The translations under genes and the position numbers were made by a program. The notes under the pieces were generated by a model, which searched no databases, was not told where the DNA came from, and saw only the letters and a list, made by a program, of their open reading frames with translations. DNA of 20,333 nt from a virus (lineage: Duplodnaviria > Heunggongvirae > Uroviricota > Caudoviricetes). The DNA is taken from the IMG/VR virus record IMGVR_UViG_2778261452_000004, positions 1 to 20,333 of that record. One strand, 5' to 3'. Position 1 is the stretch's first letter. Each line of letters opens with the position of its first letter. Below are positions 7,313-14,292 of this stretch, piece after piece.

Positions 7313-7850
7313 GTTTAACTCGAACAGCTTCACGAAGCTCGCCAACATCCATACTATTGGCGAGTTTTGACCATAAGACGCGTTTAGGTTTATTTTTCAA
7401 ATTCTGTAGCTCCCCTGCATCACTTAATAGGGAAAGCAATTCATCTTTCCAAAGAAGCATTGTTAAGGAAAGTTTGTCCACTTGTGGATTCAACTTGCTA
7501 GTTCGAATTGTTTTTAAATGGATACCTTGCCGTGCACCTTGCGTAACTTGCTTTATCCCCCACCATGATGGAACTATGCTTAAAGCATCATAAAGATGGC
7601 AATCAGAGACAACCAACGTTACTTTATCCATCACAGATGAGTAATGTTGCACCTGCGCTGGTAATCTGAGCAAGTTATCACTCTTGCTCTTCAACTCATA
7701 ACCATGTATAAGCCCATTGATCACTGCTATATCAGCTCTGCTAGCCCCTAGATTCATCGTAAACTCATCAATGATTAGGGTGTCAGGATCTTTATGATGA
7801 TCTCTCAGAATCTTGGCATGCACAGCCTTTCTTACATCAATGTCTCTCAT
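7272..7850 (-). CDS. sce7726-like protein with PD-(D/E)xK nuclease-like motif, 192 aa; candidate partner of the beta-like gene
   Basis: Complete track ORF convergent with the beta-like gene and overlapping it by 41 bp at the 3' ends; motif IIDEF…RADIAVINGLIHGYELKSK (D40, E52-x-K54) fits a restriction-endonuclease-like core. Confidence 0.8.
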   Translation of the reverse strand: MRDIDVRKAVHAKILRDHHKDPDTLIIDEFTMNLGASRADIAVINGLIHGYELKSKSDNLLRLPAQVQHYSSVMDKVTLVVSDCHLYDALSIVPSWWGIKQVTQGARQGIHLKTIRTSKLNPQVDKLSLTMLLWKDELLSLLSDAGELQNLKNKPKRVLWSKLANSMDVGELREAVRVKLKARKEWRVAQQP

Positions 7851-8155
7851 ACCATAGTTGCGCTTTCATCGACTCTCTCAAGCCATGATTCTATATCATG
7901 GTTCGCATGAATGCCATTTGATATGACCAGTGGTTAAACATTGCACAGAAAAGTAGATGTGTATTTTAACAAAAGCAATGACGGCTAACCATGTTGGTAT
8001 GTCGATAAAATGTTTCAACGTAAGCATTATCTGTTCCGCCCTTTCAGACGGCCTCCTGATGTTCTGAGGGTGCAGAATCCCTCCGGTTAAGGATTTAATA
8101 AAAATCGTTTCTGATTTAAATCTTCAGTATTTAGTTGTTAGTCGGTTTATAGCCT

Positions 8156-8467
8156 TTATGCTTCGGCCTTATTTCTCAGCCATACACAAACCGGGCCATC
8201 TTCGGTGTCATGTATTGAACCAATAAACCATCCATTGCCTTCTGGTCGTTCCGGTTCCCATGCAGAAATATCAGCATCACACGCATCAAGGTCAGCACAT
8301 CCTTCATCTCTGAAGCAGAGGACGTATTGAAGATTATTTTCCTCCATCCAGGCGTTAAACTCTTCCGTTGAAATATATTCCCGACCGTCACAGAATTTTT
8401 CATATTCAGGATGTGCCCAGCAGCCATATTCATCACGTTCTACTGGTATTTCTCTAATTTCATTCAT
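8156..8467 (-). CDS. Hypothetical phage protein, acidic and Cys-containing, 103 aa
   Basis: Complete track ORF; start overlaps the upstream gene end; co-directional with the replication operon. Confidence 0.55.
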   Translation of the reverse strand: MNEIREIPVERDEYGCWAHPEYEKFCDGREYISTEEFNAWMEENNLQYVLCFRDEGCADLDACDADISAWEPERPEGNGWFIGSIHDTEDGPVCVWLRNKAEA

Positions 8468-8714
8468 TTCTGTTCTCCCACGTTTTCAGACTTTCACCGC
8501 AGAACGGGCAAAATGAAACCCGAACTGGTGATTTAGAAAATTCACCGGAGCGCAACGTCACCAAATCAGGGGCGCGAGTTAAATTCTCATTCCAGATTTT
8601 GTATATCAGCAGACCTTTTCGCTTCGTGTATTCAGCATCATGCTCAAGGGCTTTTGCCAGTACCGCACATGGTTCTATCTGATTGCCATTAACCTGACAT
8701 TTTGATTCGCTCAC
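8460..8714 (-). CDS. Small putative zinc-ribbon protein (Cys clusters incl. CPFCG), about 84 aa from a GTG start
   Basis: Track ORF 8460..8783 would overlap the upstream gene by 73 nt from its ATG. GTG at 8714 overlaps the upstream stop (GTGA) and has AGGAGG 7 nt upstream. Confidence 0.4.
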   Translation of the reverse strand: MSESKCQVNGNQIEPCAVLAKALEHDAEYTKRKGLLIYKIWNENLTRAPDLVTLRSGEFSKSPVRVSFCPFCGESLKTWENRNE

Positions 8715-9133
8715 AGCATCACCTCCTGAAATTTCCCCTGATAAAACGCCAGCACTCGCTGCATAGCTTCGCTTTTCCGGCACTCGCGACAGATTATGTT
8801 CATACGCCTGTCGTAGCGACGTATTTCTCCGTCGGGTAATGACCAGATAAGGTCAGGATCAACTACAACCGGTTTCTTCACCTTTGCCCTCGATAGTTTT
8901 TTGCGGGCGTTTTGCCAGTCCTTACGAGCCTGTTCAGAGGGAAATAACCCGTAGCCAGAGTTGTATACATCACCACTGGCGACCAGTTCTCTTGCGAGAA
9001 CGCTCATTAAATATCTTGTCGCACCTGTCTTAGCTTCCAGTTGTCGTAACGTCTCGCGCCCACTCCGGCGTACTAGCTCAACAACCTGCCCTTTAATTTT
9101 TTCTCGCTCTTCCTGTGTAAATACTTTTGCCAT
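8711..9133 (-). CDS. Hypothetical phage protein, 140 aa
   Basis: Track ORF 8711..9199 trimmed to ATG at 9133 with GGGGAGGG upstream; basic, possibly DNA-binding. Confidence 0.55.
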   Translation of the reverse strand: MAKVFTQEEREKIKGQVVELVRRSGRETLRQLEAKTGATRYLMSVLARELVASGDVYNSGYGLFPSEQARKDWQNARKKLSRAKVKKPVVVDPDLIWSLPDGEIRRYDRRMNIICRECRKSEAMQRVLAFYQGKFQEVML

Positions 9134-9149
9134 AAGCCCTCCCCAGGAA

Positions 9150-9911
9150 TCACTTTTCCGACACAATACGACTGGAGGAATCAACAATCTGTCGAACAAT
9201 ATCCCGGTGCTTATTCAGCTCCCGCAGCGCGGCGCAGACACGCTCCCACTTCTGGACATGACTTTTCGCCCGACGCAGTTCGCGGTTTGCCATATGCAGC
9301 GATGGTAAAACCAGGTCATCCGCTTGCGTTTCGGCGAACGGTGGCAACGACTGCACAATGTCCGCCACAGTTTCTGTTTTAATATCTTCCTGTGTTGCAG
9401 CTTCCTGTACTGGTAACGCAACACCTGCTGGCTGAGGAAAGGCTTTACCATCATTTTCCGTTACCGATGCAATTTTCGGCTCTGCTGGTAAATTATTGCC
9501 CGGCATGCAGTAGCGAAATTTACCATTCTGATTGACGCGAATCAGACGCCCTTTGCTGATAGCCATTGCCAGCGTTGAAGCCACTTTGCGTGATGTGGTA
9601 CCGAACCATGTAGCCAACTCATCCGCCGTTTGTGGTCCACGTTGTTCAATCGTCGCGGTTAAATCGCACTCTGAGATTTTCGCTACTGTTGCTGTGGTGG
9701 TTTCTTCCGGCAGTTCTGCCTGCGCTGGCTGTTCCTGCTGAACGTTGTTATCAGCCACACGCCAGGTGTACGCGCTTTTATCAACAAAACCAGCCTTTTT
9801 CAGTTCCCATAGTTCGTTCAGCACTTCTTCACGACTGATATCAAGTCGCGCAGCAAGTTCTATGGATGTGGCTTTTCCCATTGCTTTCAGTGCGTCAAAA
9901 ACAGTCTCCAT
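9150..9911 (-). CDS. Phage protein with two winged-helix-like segments and an acidic Q/E/P/T-rich linker (DUF1627/YdaW-like), 253 aa
   Basis: Track ORF 9150..9962 trimmed to ATG at 9911; two HTH-like segments (…[30 protein letters not shown]… and …[33 protein letters not shown]…). Confidence 0.6.
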   Translation of the reverse strand: METVFDALKAMGKATSIELAARLDISREEVLNELWELKKAGFVDKSAYTWRVADNNVQQEQPAQAELPEETTTATVAKISECDLTATIEQRGPQTADELATWFGTTSRKVASTLAMAISKGRLIRVNQNGKFRYCMPGNNLPAEPKIASVTENDGKAFPQPAGVALPVQEAATQEDIKTETVADIVQSLPPFAETQADDLVLPSLHMANRELRRAKSHVQKWERVCAALRELNKHRDIVRQIVDSSSRIVSEK

Positions 9912-9933
9912 TAAATTTTTCTCCCGGTAAAAA

Positions 9934-10680
9934 TTACTTCGCAATTCCTGGCTGGACGACATTCGGACGCCAGCTCTCCCAGTTAAAATTCACCCATCGC
10001 CCGCCGTTCATGGTCATGCGATCCATAATCCGCTCGCCGAGCAATGTTTTCATGGCCTCATAGTTCAGGTTTGTCAGCATCCCCACGCTGCGCATCGACG
10101 CTGTCCGGCGATCAACAATCTGGTGCAGTACCACCTGCTCGTTTTTCGTCTCGCGCTGAATGCCAATTTCATCAAGAACCAGCAGATCCACTTCGCACAG
10201 TTCCCGCAAAAATTTTTCGCCTGACTGCCCATCGTCATAGCTGGCGTGCAGGGCACTCATAACATCAGCCACGGTAACCACAATCACTGTCTGACCGTCT
10301 TTCAGCAGGCGATTCCCGATAGCTGCCGCTAAGTGGTTCTTCCCGGTACCAGGTTTTCCGCTGAACGCAAAATTTGTACACCCGGTCATCAGTTCATCAG
10401 CGATGGATTTCGCCTGACTCAACGCGTATCGCTGCGCTTCGTTCTGCACCTGGTAATTCGAAAACGAGCATTTGCGGTGCAATGGCTGGATGCCAGAGCG
10501 ATTCAGAATTTTTTCCACCCGCAACTGACGATTCTGACGGTTGATCTCCTCACAACGTTTCTGGCCTTCGGAAAGTTGCCACTCGCGCCACTCCGCTACC
10601 GTCTTGAATGGCGCGGTTACATGTGACGGGGCCAGTCTGCGGATACGTTCAAGAACGTCGCCTGTCGCAATATTTTTCAT
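9934..10680 (-). CDS. ydaV: DnaC-like helicase loader ATPase (Rac YdaV-like), 248 aa
   Basis: Walker [16 protein letters not shown] and Walker B LLVLDEIG; directly downstream of the initiator gene; length matches Rac YdaV as recalled. Confidence 0.9.
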   Translation of the reverse strand: MKNIATGDVLERIRRLAPSHVTAPFKTVAEWREWQLSEGQKRCEEINRQNRQLRVEKILNRSGIQPLHRKCSFSNYQVQNEAQRYALSQAKSIADELMTGCTNFAFSGKPGTGKNHLAAAIGNRLLKDGQTVIVVTVADVMSALHASYDDGQSGEKFLRELCEVDLLVLDEIGIQRETKNEQVVLHQIVDRRTASMRSVGMLTNLNYEAMKTLLGERIMDRMTMNGGRWVNFNWESWRPNVVQPGIAK

Positions 10681-10686
10681 GGTCAG

Positions 10687-11493
10687 TTACCCCCTGAAGC
10701 CTGGCGGGATCGCACTATCCGGTAACGAGACGGTGTTAACCTGTCGGAGTAACGTCTCAGGTCGAACACCTTTCGGCGCGAACAAGCCCTGGTATTCATT
10801 GGCGATGCTGTGTCGAATCACCTGCTCAGGTGAAAAACCCTGCTGGCGGAATTTTTCCAGCTCCCGTATCGCCCCGTTAGCGCCCTGCTCCGTTCGAATC
10901 GGTTTTCGCAATGCCTGGCGAAATTCAACCCACTCACGCCAAAGCGAGACAGAAATCCAGTTCGGCAAAGCAATATCCAGAGGGTCAAACTTTTTGACAC
11001 CTCGATTCCCCCGGGGGGGATTTAGGGGGGGATCTGTTTTTAGATCTTTATCTGTATCTTTATTAGTTGCCTTTGTGTTGACATCATGTTCAAACACCAC
11101 TTCAACATCTGTTTGAACACCTGTTAAATTTCTCTCTTGTTTTGTTTGAACATCTGTTTCCTTTCTGCTTCTTCTGGCCTGAACAGATGCTTTTCCTGCG
11201 GCTGATTTTTTGGTTAATTTTTCCCTGACTGATGCCAGATCTTCCTCAATCCGAAGATGCACCCATTCCTCGCCGTTATCGCAAAAAAACTCCTGCAAGG
11301 ATGGTTCAACATCAGCCCATCGCTCGTTAGTCAGACGGGCAATTTTTGCCAGCCTGTTTTTAGGTATTGGCTTTCCTGTTTGCCAGTAATTGAACATCAG
11401 CAACAAATACGCACCATGCTCCTCTGCTGACAAATGCATGGTGTCAGCCAGGTAATCAGCTATGTACAGTTGCATGTATGGTAATGCGGCCAT
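10687..11493 (-). CDS. ydaU: Replication initiator-like protein (DUF1376 N-terminus with DnaT-like C-terminus; Rac YdaU-like)
   Basis: Conserved N-terminus starts MAALPYMQLYIADYL… at ATG 11493 (GGGG upstream); the first ATG of the ORF is at 11544 and would give 285 aa, which may be the database start. Confidence 0.8.
   Translation of the reverse strand: MAALPYMQLYIADYLADTMHLSAEEHGAYLLLMFNYWQTGKPIPKNRLAKIARLTNERWADVEPSLQEFFCDNGEEWVHLRIEEDLASVREKLTKKSAAGKASVQARRSRKETDVQTKQERNLTGVQTDVEVVFEHDVNTKATNKDTDKDLKTDPPLNPPRGNRGVKKFDPLDIALPNWISVSLWREWVEFRQALRKPIRTEQGANGAIRELEKFRQQGFSPEQVIRHSIANEYQGLFAPKGVRPETLLRQVNTVSLPDSAIPPGFRG
11087..11156. repeat. Iteron-like repeats inside the initiator gene: three copies of TGTTTGAACA / TGTTCAAACA; candidate ori
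   Basis: Seen directly: tgttcaaaca at 11089-11098 and its reverse complement tgtttgaaca at 11110-11119 and 11143-11152; flanked by an AT-rich stretch (11041-11075). Confidence 0.35.
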
Positions 11494-11556
11494 AATTGCC
11501 CCGTATGATGCTGCCCGGTGGCTTAGAATAAGCACAAACAGCATGGAAACTTTTGC

Positions 11557-11979
11557 TTAATGAACAATGACAGAATCGTCGGAAGAACCGCCGCCGCTGA
11601 AATGCGCTTTCCGGTAAACGGCCTGGACTGCATCATCATGCGCATCAATTGCCGTACTTAACGCTTCCTGCGCCGCCAGTAATGCACGGCGTTCCAGGGT
11701 ATCGAAGATGCAGAGTCGGTGACGCAACTCGCGCGGAAGGATTGCCAGAATTGCTGGGATCAGCTTCTGAATTTTTTCTCTTTGCGTTTTCGTTTCACCT
11801 TTCAACCAACGGTGATAGATATTCTGCTGATTGTTCCAGTCCTTGCCTGGAACCAGGGGCAATTCGCCGCCCCCCTGGCGCAGATATTCTTCAGTAATTG
11901 CATTGGCTACCCATGCCTGCCCTTTTTCGGCTGCCAGGGCAAACAACACTGATTCGATGTGCTCATGCTTGATTTTCAT
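11557..11979 (-). CDS. ydaT: YdaT-like protein (Rac), 140 aa
   Basis: Complete 140-aa track ORF directly downstream of the Cro-like ydaS; length and sequence match Rac YdaT as recalled. Confidence 0.8.
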   Translation of the reverse strand: MKIKHEHIESVLFALAAEKGQAWVANAITEEYLRQGGGELPLVPGKDWNNQQNIYHRWLKGETKTQREKIQKLIPAILAILPRELRHRLCIFDTLERRALLAAQEALSTAIDAHDDAVQAVYRKAHFSGGGSSDDSVIVH

Positions 11980-12001
11980 GAATCATTTGCCTCTTGATGT
12001 T

Positions 12002-12298
12002 TCAGGTATGATCAAATGAGGATTTGTTACTGTCATTTAGTTGCTTCACTGACATATTCTGCGAACAACATGCCGAACGTCGTAAATATGACCAGTCAAT
12101 ATCAGGACGAAGCTCTTCGCACAGAACCTCACCTCTTGTTGCTCGTTCAATTGCTGGACATCTCTCGGCAGGCAATTGACGTACCCCTTTGATCCATTGA
12201 TTTACGCTTGGAGGTGATACACCTAAAAGCCTAGCCATTGCTGATTGCCCACCGACAACAGCACAAGCTTGCTTGAATGAATAGTTCTCTTTTTTCAT
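12002..12298 (-). CDS. ydaS: YdaS-like Cro-type HTH regulator, 98 aa
   Basis: HTH segment QACAVVGGQSAMARLLGVSPPSVNQWIKG; divergent from the repressor gene across an operator-bearing intergenic region. Confidence 0.85.
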   Translation of the reverse strand: MKKENYSFKQACAVVGGQSAMARLLGVSPPSVNQWIKGVRQLPAERCPAIERATRGEVLCEELRPDIDWSYLRRSACCSQNMSVKQLNDSNKSSFDHT

Positions 12299-12327
12299 CG
12301 AATGAACTCCAAAAACACACAGAAATA

Positions 12328-12393
12328 TTAGGCGACGCCTAACATAAATGTCAATAGGCTATGCCTAATGCGATAAAGGTAGGGATTGCCTAA
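12328..12393. promoter_or_regulatory. OR-like operator cluster between racR and ydaS (three TTAGGC-N3-GCCTAA-type palindromes)
   Basis: Seen directly: ttaggcgacgcctaa (12328-12342, perfect 15-bp palindrome); ataggctatgcctaa (12354-12368); weaker gtagggattgcctaa (12379-12393); centres about 25 bp apart. Confidence 0.5.
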
Positions 12394-12421
12394 TACAATG
12401 AGCATAGGAGAATATTAAGCA

Positions 12422-12898
12422 ATGCTTAGTGGTAAAGACTTAGGCCGAGCGATAGAGCAGGCCATTAACAAAAAAATCGCATCGGGATCCGTCAAATCAA
12501 AGGCGGAGGTCGCACGCCACTTCAAAATCCAACCACCATCAATTTATGACTGGATTAAGAAAGGCTCCATAAGTAAAGATAAACTTCCAGAATTATGGCG
12601 TTTCTTTTCTGATGTTGTTGGTCCAGAGCATTGGGGGCTTAACGAATACCCCATACCAACCCCCACCAATTCAGATACAAAAAGTGAACTTTTAGATATA
12701 AACAACCTTTATCAAGCAGCCTCTGATGAAATAAGAGCGATTGTAGCTTTCCTGTTATCTGGAAATGCTACAGAACCAGATTGGGTTGACCACGATGTTC
12801 GCGCCTACATAGCAGCGATGGAAATGAAAGTGGGTAAGTATCTGAAAGCTCTAGAATCTGAACGGAAAAGCCAGAACATCACAAAAACTGGAACTTAA
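12422..12898 (+). CDS. racR: Prophage repressor RacR-like (HTH, no peptidase domain), 158 aa
   Basis: N-terminal HTH; divergent to the Cro-like gene; operator clusters on both sides; length equals Rac RacR as recalled. Confidence 0.85.
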   Translation: MLSGKDLGRAIEQAINKKIASGSVKSKAEVARHFKIQPPSIYDWIKKGSISKDKLPELWRFFSDVVGPEHWGLNEYPIPTPTNSDTKSELLDINNLYQAASDEIRAIVAFLLSGNATEPDWVDHDVRAYIAAMEMKVGKYLKALESERKSQNITKTGT

Positions 12899-12912
12899 AC
12901 TTATATGGTCTG

Positions 12913-12940
12913 ACGGAAAACTCCTGGATTCCGTTATTTA
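12913..12940 (+). terminator. Possible terminator after racR
   Basis: acggaa-(10-nt loop)-ttccgt followed by tattta; loop is long, so the call is weak. Confidence 0.3.
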
Positions 12941-12974
12941 ACCCCCCATCACTTTCTCCTGTCGCCATCACCTA

Positions 12975-13033
12975 TTAGGTTACGCCCAAAACATTAGGCA
13001 TAGCCTATTGACAATCAATTAGGCATTACCTAT
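12975..13033. promoter_or_regulatory. OL-like operator cluster downstream of racR, upstream of ydaG/ydaF
   Basis: Seen directly: ttaggttacgcccaa (12975-12989), ttaggcatagcctat (12994-13008), ttaggcattacctat (13019-13033); same half-site as the OR-like cluster. Confidence 0.45.
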
Positions 13034-13205
13034 AGTTCCAGCATACCACCCACCCCGCCCCACAGAACGCCGGGCAATACTTCGAGTTACCAGGCAGTGG
13101 TAAGGGGTTAAGTAGCCAGCCCGAGGCGTATGAACATGACGGCGGGATTCAAATTTTGCAGTGCAGCAGTTAGTTCCGCCACCCGGCGTTAAGGGGAGAG
13201 ATAAG

Positions 13206-13340
13206 ATGGTGCATTACGAAGTAGTTCAGTATTTGATGGATTGTTGCGATATCACTTACAGCCAGGCTGTACAGGCTCTACGCAGCAACGACTGGGATCT
13301 CTGGCAGGCAGAAGCCTCTATCCGCAACAACAAAATGTGA
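13206..13340 (+). CDS. ydaG: Small protein YdaG-like, 44 aa (MVHYEVVQYLMDCCDITYSQAVQALRSNDWDLWQAEASIRNNKM)
   Basis: Under the track threshold; found by reading: ATG at 13206 with GGGGAGAG upstream, stop TGA 13338-13340; size and position match Rac ydaG as recalled. Confidence 0.6.
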   Translation: MVHYEVVQYLMDCCDITYSQAVQALRSNDWDLWQAEASIRNNKM

Positions 13341-13350
13341 GGTGCGAAAA

Positions 13351-13506
13351 ATGCAAAAAATCGACCTCGGCAATAACGAATCCCTGGTGTGCGGCGTGTT
13401 CCCCAACCAGGATGGAACGTTCACCGCCATGACATATACCAGAAGCAGGACGTTTAAAACTGAAAGTGACGCACGCCGCTGGTTAGTCAAAACATTAGCG
13501 GAGTAA
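13351..13506 (+). CDS. ydaF: Small protein YdaF-like, 51 aa (MQKIDLGNNESLVCGVFPNQDGTFTAMTYTRSRTFKTESDARRWLVKTLAE)
   Basis: Under the track threshold; ATG at 13351 with GAGGTG upstream, stop TAA 13504-13506; size and position match Rac ydaF as recalled. Confidence 0.6.
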   Translation: MQKIDLGNNESLVCGVFPNQDGTFTAMTYTRSRTFKTESDARRWLVKTLAE

Positions 13507-13507
13507 C

Positions 13508-14017
13508 TTATTCGAAGCGCTTAGTGCAAGGGTTCCATGCTTCAAATATTAGTTCCTCATAGTCGGGATCGAGTTGAAAATGGGAGCTATTGCCTAATGA
13601 ACACTTTCTAACAAAACGAATTATTCCCATCCTGACAAGCAAGGCTGTACTTTGATTTTCAGGACAAAGCGTAAGTAGGTCATTGAACTGGAGGAATGAT
13701 TCAATAATACGAATTTGTTCTGCATTTAGCGAATTCAGATTTTTTAGCATTTTGCGCTTTTTTACAAAATCCCGAATCAGGTAGAACATTCTCAAGAAAA
13801 GGATTACTACTCTATCAAGGATTAAAGTCGAGACAAAGGCTATGCTGAAGCAAAATAGCTGCATGGAATATGGAATGGCGCTTTTCTTTTCCAGATACTC
13901 TGACAAGTTTTCTGGTACCAACATTAATATCAGAAAAAATATAACTATAGTAATCATAAACCGACTAACTGATTTTTCGGCAAAGAATTTTGCCAATGTT
14001 AAAAGACTTTCTAACAT
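13508..14017 (-). CDS. sieB: Superinfection exclusion protein SieB-like membrane protein, about 169 aa
   Basis: Track ORF 13508..14140 trimmed to ATG at 14017; two strongly hydrophobic helices; position between the pL-proximal small genes and kil corresponds to sieB in Rac/lambda. Start uncertain. Confidence 0.65.
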   Translation of the reverse strand: MLESLLTLAKFFAEKSVSRFMITIVIFFLILMLVPENLSEYLEKKSAIPYSMQLFCFSIAFVSTLILDRVVILFLRMFYLIRDFVKKRKMLKNLNSLNAEQIRIIESFLQFNDLLTLCPENQSTALLVRMGIIRFVRKCSLGNSSHFQLDPDYEELIFEAWNPCTKRFE

Positions 14018-14292
14018 TTCAATAACTCTCAACTGTAAGGGTATTGAAATGTTAACACAAGCTCTCGCTGTAGGGGTATAGCAGAGACCACCGAAGCCCG
14101 GAGGTGGTGAAATAAAACCGGGCACAACACGAAGGCGCATTTCCGATATCCATAAAGAGTCGGTTTTGTCTGTTAAATTTAAATGGTGGGAGTGCGCCTC
14201 CGGTTGTAAATAACGACATTGCTGTGTGTAGTCTTGGCGGCATCAGTTTTTTCTTGAAGTTCGGCTGATGTCCGCCCCTTTTTAAAGTGAAT

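Noticed and set aside
6908-7593. Minus-strand ORFs inside the beta-like gene (6908-7120, 7130-7348) and plus-strand ORF inside the sce7726-like gene (7357-7593)
   Set aside because: Expected spurious ORFs in AT-rich coding DNA; fully contained in the longer, better-supported genes.
8176-9454. Alternative-frame ORFs 8176-8436 minus, 8961-9308 plus and 9215-9454 minus
   Set aside because: Overlap the co-directional, translationally coupled small phage genes in other frames; no independent support.
9532-11116. Plus-strand ORFs antisense to the DUF1627-like, ydaV and ydaU genes (9532-9741, 9632-9838, 9745-9930, 9866-10063, 10044-10262, 10333-10626, 10541-11116) and minus-strand 10074-10256, 10818-11000
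   Set aside because: Antisense or alternative frames of high-confidence replication genes.
11649-12019. Plus-strand ORFs antisense to ydaT (11649-11897, 11719-11952, 11831-12019)
   Set aside because: Antisense to a well-supported gene; Pro/Cys/Arg-rich translations.
13241-13490. 63-aa plus-strand ORF (13241-13432) and 70-aa minus-strand ORF (13278-13490) from the track
   Set aside because: Both overlap the two RBS-preceded small genes (ydaG/ydaF-like) in other frames and have Cys/Pro/Arg-rich composition; judged shadow ORFs.
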